A DNA stretch of 64,000 bases from Dicyema japonicum. Lineage: Eukaryota > Animalia > Dicyemida. Both the position numbers and the translations under genes were made by a program. Where the stretch lies: assembly GCA_011109175.1 (NCBI GenBank), contig RDEW01000005.1, positions 802,335 through 866,334 on the forward strand, given 5' to 3'. This document shows positions 38,423 through 50,780 of the stretch, in pieces; position 1 is the first letter of the stretch, and every line of letters begins with the position of its first letter. The notes beneath the pieces are model-generated. The model made no database searches. It was not told where the DNA came from and was given only the letters and a program-made list of their open reading frames with translations.

Positions 38423-40450
38423 ATGACAGAAAATAATATATTCGCTGCCCTAAAATTAGCCATAAATGAGTTACTCTCAGAGTCCGTTCCTATCAATGTT
38501 GAATTTGACATTGAAAACTGCAAAACCATGCGGCTTATAAATATCCTCGAGCATTATTTCTACTACGGACTCAAGAGCATTAGAAATTTAATCTACAGCA
38601 TTCGAGAAGTCCTCTCTAAATATGAAGAAGGGAGTAGCGCGTTTGAGATAATTCAGAATCTCTCCAACCTGAAGTACTAATAATCTTTATCTAGCACTCC
38701 CTTCGCCCAATTTCGAGCCTTCATAATGATCTCCCTTTTAAAGAAGCAGCTTTCATTTTTCTACCAAATTTTGATTTCTTCAGGAAAAATTTCACAGTTT
38801 GTTTATTCTTTACTTTCAGTCCTTCCCTTTACGAAAGCTACGCCGTTTGATGACACAAGAGGCTGAGTTGTTAGACGTCATCATGCAGTCACTGTCCTGT
38901 GTGGACTTTACTCTGGCCATCAACGAAATGGACTTGAATTATAAAGTCACTTTTTGACCCACTTTTCAGCTGAAACCAATCGATTATTCATATTTTATGA
39001 ATATTAACAATTCCGGCATAAATCCGGCCAATTTGGTTTTGAGTGACTCCGAGGACAGCTCACGGAAAATAATGAATATTCTGAGTCAGAAGGACTATTT
39101 GGAAGACCGGATAAAAACCTTGGAGTAAATTTGAATTTGAGACTCTTTAAGACTGGAAGCTTTAAAATTGAAGGAAACGATCAAAATCAGCTCGATCCGA
39201 CTGGAGAAATGTTCCAAGAAGGAGGAGACCATAAGGAAGATTGTGGCAGCGAGCGAACGGACATGATGGATTTCGTAGTCCAACGAAGACGATTATCGAA
39301 ACTTTTAAAAATATTATCGCGGTTCTCACTAAACGCTGATTTTTAGAATGAAACGGCCTACTCGAACGAACAGATAACAAAGTTCCATCGACAGCTTGTC
39401 GCCTGTCAAAAAGAGCTCAAAGAAAGCAGGGCACAGAACTCGGTAAGGATTTCTGAGTTGTACAACCTCATCCTAAATGACCTCATTTATTGATGACTTT
39501 TATTCGCTTTACTTCAGATTATGGAAAATGACAAGAATACCGCCGAAGAAGCTCTCAAAAATCAAACTAATGTGATCATCAGACAGGGGGGTCAGATCAT
39601 GGAATTGAAGAATGAAGTCATCAGTACTGCCAACGAAATTGAATCCCTCAAGGCTGACTTGATCGAAAGAAATAAAACCATTGAAGTCTAAAATGTGCTT
39701 CTTTCAGATTTTTGAAGAATCAAGGCGGGCCCAAGAGGATGAAATTAAAGGCTTAGAAGCTGGGATCGCCGAATTATCAGCTTCCGCCCAAAATAAGGAG
39801 ATTTTGTAGCCTTTGATGTTATTCCGAAGGATCAAACAGTTGAAGCAAGAGCTCGAGATAATTGTCGAGAAGATCATCAACGCAGACAAGAAACTAGCCT
39901 TAGAACTCGAATCCAAGTAATCATGAGATTCAAGCTAGACAAACCACGAATGCTTTATATGAACAAGCAAAAAACGAAAATATTAACCTCCAACGGAACC
40001 TCGAGCTCTGTGAGGCCACCAATGTCAGTCTTAAAAGGGAGGTTGCTCGACTGTCTCCATTTGAAGAAGTATTCTTGATTCTCACCCCCTTAGGAGCTGA
40101 ATTCACTAAGGGAGAAATATGATAGCTTATTGGACACGCATAGGAGGAAAGAAGCGGCATTGGTCGCTTTGGGGGGAAAGCTAAAGTCCCACAACCTCAA
40201 AATGGATGAAATGAATGATAGCACTTTGCTAAAGTCAGACTGGACTGATGATACCAAGCAGACGAGTTGCACGTTGTGTGAGGACCAGTTTACGTTGTCA
40301 AAGAGGAAAGTAGTAGCTTGGTTATTATAGCATCACTGTCGACGTTGTGGGTTTGTGTTTTGTAGTGAGTGCACTAACCATCGAGTCAGCCTGACCTCCT
40401 TTGCCAAGCCCGTCAGAATCTGTGACACTTGCTTTAGGTCTCTGACTTAG
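38423..40450 (+). CDS. RUN and FYVE domain protein (RUFY-like), copy a
   Basis: RUN-like N-terminus (LEHYFYYGLK, FRAFIMISLLKKQL), coiled coil, FYVE WTDD..CTLC..F..RKHHCRRCG.VFCSEC..VRICDTC. Confidence 0.88.
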
Positions 40451-40519
40451 TTTTTAATATTTTTGAGTATAAATCTACTTTTATTGAACTCTTCTATTTT
40501 GTTCTTATTTGCATGTCTC

Positions 40520-41640
40520 TGAATGTCCTCATTAGAGGTACCTTATGTCCCCCTTAACTGAAATAGTTAAGACGCTACCTACCAGGATGAATGATTCCGT
40601 TCTGCTCTTCACCTTCTTTAAATTCCAAGAAACGCCTTGTCGGCATCCAAGAAAGATCTACTTTTCTCTATTTCACTGAAAGGTCACCCACAATGGGGGA
40701 TATGGATTGACGTGATGTTTGGAGAGAATGTGTTTCACTTAACCATGGAAATTTATTCTCTTTGTAGACCCTTCCCTTATAACTTTTGTTCTGAAAAATC
40801 CGCAGAAAACAATGGTCGCGGTTTTCCGCGTTTTCGTAAAAATACCAGAAAACTCATTTATGCAGAAATCGTACGTGTGGAAAAAAGATCAATCAGCCAT
40901 TAAAGATGACACCCCGATTGAGTCCTCTCGGACATTTTGGAAACACTTTTCGAAAATGGTGAGTCCGCAATTGGTCCATTCGAGGACAGTCTTTAGGTTG
41001 TTAAAAGTTGGGAGCTCCCAAATCCTTCTTTTGTGATATTCATTCGATCAATATTGCACAAGTTTGTTAAATAACTCAGCCTAACTAACTTGTAGGTGAG
41101 GTTAAGTAACCGCGGGAAATACCGGTCGTCCCCAAAGATTGATGAAGTTGACAGACGGAAACATATAAGTTAGGACACTTAAAAAGGTGATTTGCTGTCA
41201 TCTCTGAGGGAGCCAAATAGAACAAGGGACATTTTTCAAATAGTCTAGTGTATACACGTATGCTTATTTATTTTATTTAAGGAAATTCGAGGTCACCTAA
41301 AAGAAAGACGAAGAAAAGGTCAACCTAGTCTCCCAATCATGATATCATGAGTTTAAGGTGCTCTGTTTGCCCGTTGTAGATCGGAAACGTCTCCTCTCGA
41401 ACTTTTATTCAATTTTCTGAGCCGATCGATTTTCTTCACAAATACTGTAAAATGAATCGGATTTCCATCTTAACAGAAAACACAGAGAAAACCAGCTCCA
41501 CTCCACATCTATGGAAATTCCTGCTTGGGATTTCACTAAACGATGGTTTTTAGTAAAGCGGATTGGGTCTTTCGAATCTCGAAGTGCGAATCTCCACGTG
41601 ACGGAGACGTATTCCACAGTTGGAGCGATTGTTTCTAATA
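40520..41640 (-). other. Unidentified gene-like region with micro-intron-like GT/GC-AG units
   Basis: Divergent from EMC10 across an AT island; shares short motifs with 17705 and 37990. Confidence 0.3.
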
Positions 41641-41710
41641 GTATATTGGTAAATAGAATATTTTGGATTAAAAAATATAAATTAATAAATTAAATATTTA
41701 AATTTATTTA

Positions 41711-42336
41711 ATGTCGTGGGGATTCTCGTTGATATTTTTAACATTGTTTTTGGTACTTTACTTTAAAATAAAAAAGACATTGACTTCCACTGTCACTGTT
41801 TTGCACGTGGGGTATCGTTCATGCTCAGAAAAGACGTCCAGTCAACTTGGAAAAATATCATATTTACAAGAAAGTGACATGGCCAGCACGGAAATCAACA
41901 TAAATGTCGCGTGTCTATTAATTTTAGTTGATTGACGACTTTGATTCCCCACTTTGTCTCGATTATCAGAGTTCTGGTGGAAACCTAACTTCTTACCTTG
42001 TCCGACCGGATGGGGGATGTGCTGAGGGGATAAATTTCCGTTTAACGGTATCAACCGGAATTGTGACCCACCGTGACTTCTAAATATGACTGTGAGCCGT
42101 CATCAGCGATGATCTTCCATTATACGGATGGGGGAAAGTAAGAATAGGTGGTCAGTTTAGGCCTCAGGTTGCCTTATATTTGGAGAAGAAGAAACTACGA
42201 GATGAGGAGAGACTGAGAAATCCACCCGATGAGAGATCATTCTTTCAAAAATATGTGAGTTTGTTATTATTTTTAGTGGCTCTACATTGTCCCCCCACTA
42301 ATCTTTGTTGTTGTTTCTAATGTTATTAATGGATGA
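41711..42336 (+). CDS. EMC10: ER membrane protein complex subunit 10
   Basis: Signal peptide; spliced C-terminus PQVALYLEKK..NPPDERSFFQKY|WLYIVPPLIFVVVS matches the EMC10 SFF.KYW.YI.P motif. Confidence 0.85.
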
Positions 42337-43249
42337 CTGCTTATTAAGACTATTATTTGGCTTTTTTATTTTTCAATATTCCAAATATGTGGAAGTTGCA
42401 CGTGTTCGTCTGAATGGCTGTTAAACATTCCCCCTTTTAAAGGAGTTAACTGTAAATTTATTTCCCCACATCCACAATTTCTTTGGATGAGGTTTCACTG
42501 AACGCGTCAGGATCATGGGATTTTTGGTTTGGTTTTATCCTTTGTCCTTGGAATTCTTTCATTCCACATCCGAGTCGGTCGTCTCTTTTCTTCCGGCATT
42601 CGAGGGGATGTCTTTGAAACCAGTCCGTAAGCTGAACAGGTTCGCATTATTAAGCCGAGTGGTTACCCGATTGAGGTGGTGACGTACCCTTATTGCATGA
42701 TATGTTTACCTTTCCTCACAGTGGACGAAAGTCACGTCATCTTTAATGTGAGCATGGACGATGTGATGGACTCAGGAAACATCAAAACTTGAAGTTCTGA
42801 GCCGGGTTAGACTATACTAATAATCGTCGAAAGGGAGGGAGCCAACGAACGGTTCCATACTGAGTAGTTGAGACAGTCGCATGTTGATGGAACCCCTATA
42901 AACTCGTATTGTGCTAAAAAGAACCTTCGGAAAGTGTCTATTGATGTCTGTAGGTCTTACTAAAACACCAAGTCAATGAAAGCTGTGAGCTTTTTTTCTG
43001 TGTAATCAGACAGTCCCATAGGAGCAATGGAAGACAATGGCACTCTGAGCGTGTTGTTTATGTATAGTTTATTCCGATATTTTGTTTTAATTGCTGTCAC
43101 TGCGTAAAACCCTGGTTCACGCAAAAAAGTTGTCGGAAATGAATAAGGCTATGGTGACGATCTTAGGGTGTCTCACAAAGACTTTATGCCAGAACACAGG
43201 CAGAGTTGTTGTTTCAAACGTACTTTTTAGGTAACCATCATTTGCGATC

Positions 43250-43920
43250 TCAATCAGCTGATCTTACACGGATAAACTAGATTCGCCTGCTTGTTGACAA
43301 ATGTGTCTCCACACCCTATCAGTTTGTGTATCTTTTGTCGTTGGAAAAAAACACTCGAACTCATTTGAAAGCAAGGACAGATGATCGTGCACTAACCGGA
43401 GGAATGAAGGCTCAGTATCACCAAAATACCTGCCAATGTTTGAAACCCCCAGATTAGTTTAAATGCGGTATCTTGAAGGTAGTTATCATGTTCCCTGAAG
43501 GGACTGATTGAGAAGGTTGATTACATCACACAAATATGCCAATTTTGCGAGCCATACTTTGTTCATCCTTTTTGTCGACCACCTTATTTATGTGTGCAAG
43601 AGAAGACATCTGTGTCTGCATCAATCTCATCACAAAGCTGTTCAAATGGGCGCGAGTGATAGGCGTGTGCTTTGATGTGGTTAATAGCTTCAATAAGATC
43701 ATTCAATACACTATCAAATTCCGGTGAAATTTTTCCGCTTGCCAACATCTCCCTATGAAGGATACAATGCGAGGATTTACTGTCAGGTGCAACTTCCTTA
43801 ATCATAGTAGTCAAACAGCCAATCGTCCAGTCATGGCAGTAGCTCTGTGCATATGTCGACACAAAGGTCAGTTCAGTTGTCCTGGCATAAATCATTCAGT
43901 GAGCAATCTTCATTAACATC
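43250..43920 (-). mobile_element. hAT (Buster/ZBED5-like) transposase remnant
   Basis: SHCILHREMLAS..AINHIKA..SRPFEQLCDE, NQSLQG. Confidence 0.85.
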
Positions 43921-46374
43921 CAGACAAGGACATCGCACATAGCATTGCCAGCCAGCCGAGCAATCACAACACGGGGGTCGCAAGACAGTGACTAAGATTA
44001 CAAGGCGTATGACTAATCTTATGACAAATCGTACAAACTGAGATAAAGAACTTTAAAAACTGGAGACATGGCATAAATCGTGACTCGTCCTCACATTGTG
44101 CCAGATGCGGTGGATTCCAGTCTCAAAAAGTTGATCAGAGGAGACCAACGAAAAACGATATACAGACGATATTAGGCGAAATTGGAAAAACGCGGACAGC
44201 ATAGTCAGTTACGTCAAAGACAACACCAAATGTTTGAATGTCGAAAAGGCATAATGAACTAGCACTACCTGAGAAGGCCTCCTAGATCGACATTTTGGTG
44301 GTCAATGATAGGAGACTAAAGAAAGCGAGGAGTAATATAATGACGGGATAAAATTCCGTGGACGTTTTAGCAGTTGCTAGCACGGAAACGTCCATTTTCG
44401 TAAGTATGACGTTGTTGCGACGGAGTGTGGATTATTTTGGAGGTCTATACTCCAAGAATCTTGAGACTTGTTCCCCAGACATCCTCACAACAAGAATCCC
44501 TATACTATCTCAATTTACGAAGAATACTAGTTATGGTTGTTGAAGACAAATCAGGATGGACGACGTTTAGAATTACTGTCTGATTCACGTGGCTTTGTGA
44601 ACCTTACGTCAGATGACCCAAAGCTGCAATAAAACTTTTTTTAAACAAAAAACTGAGAGACTGTCTAAGTGAGGACTGACAAGTGCTAGAACCGATAGGA
44701 GGATTGTGAGGATCTGATCAATGGTTTCAGGAAGAGATCACAGATCCAGGACACACATAAAACTGGAAGAAACGTTCTGAAAAAAATTAAAAATGGGTCC
44801 AGGTGTGGAGTCCAAGCCTTATGGTAGGACTCAGATGTAATACCCTCCAGAAAACTCCTTCTCTAAAACCTAACTAGAACATAGCTAAAGAACATCAAGG
44901 ACTTTCCCATCCCCATGTTCAACTCCATTGATGAAGATCATCATATGACAACTCTTCCCCCTATAAATGAAGTGATGTCTGAGACCGTAGGGTGTGCGAT
45001 GAAAGTGGAAGAAACAGACCCACTGTTCCACCTTCTTTCAAAAACGGAATGGACTATTGGAAGGACAACCTCAGCCTCTTCCATGGATTAATTAGTTGTG
45101 ACTGCTTGTGATGGTTAACGAAGGATTGTAAGTCACTGGTTAATAAATAAAAATAAATAAAGGATTTTCAAATAAATAAAATAAATAAATTAAGGATTCA
45201 CCCCTTAGTTAGTGAATCTCTAAAGAAGTTTTCCGTTCATGTGAAAGACCCTTCCCTATTGAAACCTTAGTAAGGAGTACTGATACGCAGTTCATTAAAG
45301 GATTTCCCAGCTCTTGACTGTACGGCGAAAATATGAGAGTGGGTGGGATCTTGAGAAGAACAAAGATTTTGGGGTTACTAAGAAGAGCCAGGATCACCTG
45401 ATAACTGGGGTCCCTTCAAGTACGCAGGAAGGTGATTCATTATCTCTCCCAAACTTTCACTCTGTTCTCCACGAAGAGAATTAGAAACGCATAGAAGAGA
45501 TAATTTCAATTTACAATTTTAGAAGATGGTTTTTTTCCTGCGACCACAAACACCTCTACAAGACTATACGAACAAATTTGGACAATCAGTTTCATCGCTT
45601 TTTCTCTCTCCTGCCTTTATGAAGACCAACAGACGGGTCACTTTTTCACTTGTGCTGATTCGCCTTTGATTTCCGTGTCACATCAATTACACCTGACTGA
45701 TCTCTGTGAGCGTCCACTCTGGTTGTTACTTTCTTTGCTAGTCACCAGTTTAGAAAGTTTTAAGAGGATACTCTGCTAAGAGAAGTTTCGACTTTTTGAT
45801 TTAAAGTTTTTACAGTTTATTTGGAAATTGTTGGTTTTAAAGTTTTTTTATCTTGGAAATTATTGGGAGAGTAACAATTGATTCTGTTTAGTGTGAGGTA
45901 AGAAGACACAGGGTTTTTCCCTCGAATACACCGAGGAAGAAGATAACAATTATCAACTAATGCATCCAGTTCCCACTGTCACATAAACAGTCCTTCCAAT
46001 GTCACACAAGTCCACCTAGAACCAACATAAAAGGTAGAAGTCCATTCCTTGCAGGTTTGGAGCCCCTTCAGTCGAGCGATGGAGAGAAAATTATCCTTTT
46101 ATATGTCATCCTGGCACTGGCGCCACCTGAGACAGGTGAATCACATGCCACCACTCTATTAGAAAAAAGAAGAACATACGAAACAAACAGAAATCTTAAA
46201 TCAAGAACCCACATGCACCACAAATCATTTAGAAAAGTCGAAACATTTCCAAGCGTATTAGATTAAAAATCGGAGCAAATGAAATGTTTTGACAAAAATA
46301 TTTGACAGTCACCAAACAAAAATCCAGTAATAATCTTACATAAACTAAAAATACTAAAAAACAAATAAATAAAA

Positions 46375-48526
46375 TCAAAGTGATCTAAAGCAAGAGTCAC
46401 ACACACGGACTGGTTTAACGAAAGAAGGAAGCACAATTCTATGGTCCGAACACTCATTACAAAAAATAAGCCCACAACGTCGACAATGATGCTACAATAA
46501 TTCACCCCTTACCCTCCTTCTAGCCACATTAAAGTTCTCCTCACACAACGTACAATTAGGCTGCTGACTGTCCCCCACCCAAACAGGCTTGAACAACGTG
46601 TTCTCATTCAGTTCGTCCAGCCTCAGGTTATGCGACTGCAGCTGACTCCCCATTGCCACCAGAGCGTCCTCCTGCTCTTTATTGGAGACTAACAGACTTT
46701 CATACTTCTCTCTCAACCGAGCCAACTCCTACCAACTCAGGAACCCCACCTACGTTCTCATAAGGCGTCAGGCGAGCCAGTTCCCGTTTAAGACCAGAGT
46801 TCACAGATTCCTGGTATTCCAGCCTTTGTTGGACATCCATGTTCTCTAGCTTAGCCTGGTTATACAAAGCTTCAAAGGTCTGCCTGATCGAGGTTACAAT
46901 CCAGAGTACTTTGATTCGACCGAGGAAGCCAGTTTCCGTTCCATGGTGAGGAGTTTGTCCGTACACGTCAAAATCTCCTGCTTCAGCTGGGAAATCCTTT
47001 AATTAAACGGTAAATCAACAGAGCGGTGCTATTTTGTTGGGAAGTTGCCATCGTGGCAATTTTGTCTTCCAGATTAGTTATTTGGGCGTTCTTGATCTCC
47101 TGGATTCCTTCCAGATGCTATTATGTTATTTCACGGAAAAACCTCAACTCGGCTGTTCTTTGCAGTCAATTCTTTGGTGAGGAGGTCATAGTGTGCTTAG
47201 TATCGTCCACGTGGTTCCTCAGATCAACTATCTGAGCACCTTGCTTTACGATTTGGTCGATCTTAGTCCTCATGGACTCATCCAAATCACTTTTCACACT
47301 TTCAAGAATCTAGTGCATAAAAACAATCAAAATAATGAAACAACGTCAAATATTTTCTTACCAGTTTCTCTTCCTTGGTGTCAGCCAGTTCATATCGGCA
47401 TTGAGAGAGTTGCCTTTGAAGTTTGTCGATCCGTTCGTTGGTGGAGACAGCATCTTTCTAAACTCAATTTGATAAGGGAATACAGAGATCTGAGCTTTGA
47501 AGGTATCTGTATAATGTTCTGCTGGGCTTTGTAGTCATTCAAATCTCGCTCGTTTGCCTCTACCTGAATTCTGGCCATTTCTTCTCTTCTGGCACTTTCT
47601 TCAAGGCGGATTGTAATCTGCTGGATCTCCTTTTTCATGTTAATGGCTTCAGATCTTTAGTTACTGAGGAAATTACTGTAGACGAGCTACGAGTTCATCC
47701 AGGTAGGCTTTCTGGTTGAAAATGTTCATAATTTTACGAGTATTTTCGTCTGAGTCGCCTAAAGAAGGATCTGAGAAGTCTGAGTTGGAGAATTTGCTCA
47801 ATTTCATAAAATAAGTATAATCTATCGGTTCAGGCTATATTTTAGCAGCTTAGAAAACCTCATAGTTCAAATTCATCTCATTTATGACGAATGTAAAGTC
47901 CAGACTTGATAAGCAAAGCATAAGACCGTCGACAACCTCAGCCTCTTCAGAAAGCATACAGGCATAATTTTCAAATAATCCCGGACTAAATTTATTTATT
48001 TTTAAATTAAAAAATAATTTTAATTTATAATTTTTTTATCTAAATTAGTTTTTAACACCTTTTAATTTTTTCCGATAATATAATTATTCTATAAAATTTC
48101 GAAAATTGCTTTCTTAGCAAATAAATAGCAATCCAAGCACGGAGCCGAGAATAAGGCGTTCTGCAGTCAGAAATAACGAACAACCGCAAGGTCTTTAAAT
48201 TTTGGATGATTTGAATGACTTCCCTCCCTTCTTCGAACTCTGAGAATTCTTCTTGAATAATATTCATCAAATTTTTTATGCTTTTTAGTCCAAAACAGAA
48301 ATAATTCTCGATCACGTTTATTAGCCGCATGGCTTTGGATTTTTCCACGTCAAATTCACTCTTAGAAAGTATGGATTCGGAAATTAGGTCATTAATGCTG
48401 AGTCTCAGAGCCGTAAATATGTTATTTCGACAAATCAGCCCGCTTCCATTATCTAAAGTGAGTCTTACATGAACTAGATTTATTGTTGGATTCAATTTTT
48501 GATTGACCCGTGACTTCCGAACTCAT
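46375..48526 (-). CDS. RUN and FYVE domain protein (RUFY-like), copy b
   Basis: [24 protein letters not shown], coiled coil, FYVE WVGD..CTLC..RRR|[21 protein letters not shown]; start inferred through a 16-nt intron at 48453-48468. Confidence 0.88.
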
Positions 48527-49029
48527 CAGCAACAAAGTGACATTAAATATTTTTGAATTAATTAATAAAACATATTTTATTTTTTTAATAATAATAAATT
48601 ATTTTTATTTAAATTATATTTATTTTAACAAGATTTTTTTTGTTATTTTAATTTTTAAATCAATTTATTTTATTTTTTCGACTACATTCCACATTTATTG
48701 ACGTCGAATGGCACAATTGATTGCGAGGACTGGGATCACCTAAATGTAGACTTTTTTGTCTTTCTTTTTCGGTGTTCCCGTGGTTATTAAAATAAATAAA
48801 TAAATTGACGTAATTCAAAAATTCAAGTAAATAATGCATATCTAACTATTACTGTAGGTATTCATCAAAATCATTGGTATCTTCTAACTGGAGACTTGTT
48901 TGTCCTGCTTCGTGACTTCGTGACTTAGACATTTCTCAAATTACCTGTTCTTAGTTGATCCTCACTGATACGTTAGATTGCTAGACTTTAGTTTTCACAT
49001 GAAACCATTTTCCTCTCCTCCACTACACA

Positions 49030-49900
49030 ATTTATCGGTTTAAAAGTATATCTACTTCCTTGTCTAGCTCATCACATAACTTTTTTTCGATAATTTCCGT
49101 TCCGAGAGACCGACTTTCTGGACATTCCAATATTGTCCGCATATATTCCAGAATTAAAGCTAGACATTCTTGGTAGACTCTGAAAATATTAAACAAGATT
49201 GAGATCAGCACTGAGCCTGCGGGAACTCCTGATAAGTGAGATCCCAATAAAGTTCGAACCTTTACATAAGACTCCTTCACAGGCTGAGCCATAATGGCTT
49301 CAGCAAAAAGTGTCAAATCTCTAGAACCACTCTCCTCCTTTTATTGCAGTTAACCGCCATCTTTTCCGTATCCACTCTCTGAATTAATCATCTATTCCCT
49401 TATAACTTTATATTGAATTTCTTGGTAGTTATTAATTCCGAAGTTAGTTAAAGCAAGCTGAATTTCTGTGAACAGTAAAATTTTGGAATTTTACAAAAAA
49501 TGGGAACATCAATTGTTGGCCGCAGTCAACCAAATAGTAAGTTACAGGCTTCCCCTTACAAAGAGAGGTGGAGAAGTAGGTTTGCCCTCTTTTTTTACCA
49601 CGCGACTTACCGCTGCAGAAATCACTTTATTCTTAGGCGGAAGAGTTTTCATAATAACAATCTTCATCGGTGGAGTTGGTAGGAGAAGGTAGGAAGATCC
49701 CTTTCAGCAACTATGTCGCACCAGAAAAACTCGTCGCATCACGGGTGGGATCTGGTAAACGAGAATTCACCTTCGCTGATAATTCCACCTATGGACGACA
49801 ACCAGATGCTATGTCTTCAGAGGTTCAACCAAGAAGACGGCATATTACCTCATTAGCCCTTTAGCTCAGTGATTGGCCTGAATGTTGAGGTGAGGCCCAC
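49030..49900 (-). mobile_element. Degraded LINE ORF2
   Basis: SGVPAGSVLISILFNIF resembles RT GVPQGSVLSPILFNIF; DLPTF upstream. Confidence 0.55.
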
Positions 49901-50022
49901 TTCAGTCTACACAACTGACGACGAATAAAATCCCCCGTCTCCCTTTTTATGTTAATAGAAAGTTTATTAATTCATACGTCATATTCAACCTACAATACAG
50001 CCGTCTCGATAAAATCCTTATG

Positions 50023-50608
50023 ACATCTCAAAAATCGCTAAAATATTAGCTGAATCTCCCCGTGTCGATCTGAATACAAGTAACTGTGCTCAAGAAAACC
50101 TTCGAAAGTTAGTCATTTGACCAATCAGTGTAATGATTTAAATAAAGTCAGTCCATATTGATATCCCCCGTAGACTTTCACGGAAGCATCTGAAGATATA
50201 TAATGGAAGTCGGTTTGGTCATTCACATACATTGGAGAAACTAGATGTCCTTGAAAAACCTCCTGATTGGCGTAACAATTGATTTGGGGGACTTGCACCT
50301 TTTAAATTAGCGAACCTATGTAGTAAAAGGATTTTTCTCATGGACGCCATACTACTTAAGTTGTTGACTTTAAGGAATACGGAAGGGAAACACTAGCAGT
50401 CGATCTTGTCTATGATGAAAAAACTCGAGAAAAAATAAGTATAGCTTAATAACGTGAATTCTATGGCTTGGATCTGCTGCCCATTACAGTGTGCAGCCTA
50501 GTGCAGCTGCCCCTATGTCCTCCTCTAGGCACAAATGACCTTATAACTTGTTCGAATCATCTGCCGTACTATGATTGGGGTAACTTCTGAGGGTCTAAAA
50601 GCTTTAGT
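50023..50608. repeat. Local segment duplicated at 50920-51520 (unknown gene-like sequence)
   Basis: Direct repeat of about 590 bp with scattered substitutions and small indels. Confidence 0.9.
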
Positions 50609-50780
50609 CCCTCATCTACATTGACTCGAAATGAGTAAAATTACAGGTCAACCCCGCTCCGATAAAACCGCGACTAGTTCAACACGCTTTTTATGAAGCA
50701 CCATTTTTTTATTTTTTTTATAAAATTCAATTATATAATTTATTTAATTTCAACCAATAAAAATAATAATAAATAAAAAT

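Noticed and set aside
44358-44543. EMC10 paralog (ASTET similarity)
   Set aside because: The match is too short and has no other support.
48510-48701. Hydrophobic ORFs in AT-rich tracts (also 5870-6085, 15663-15914, 17881-18198)
   Set aside because: Compositional artefacts or antisense to other features.
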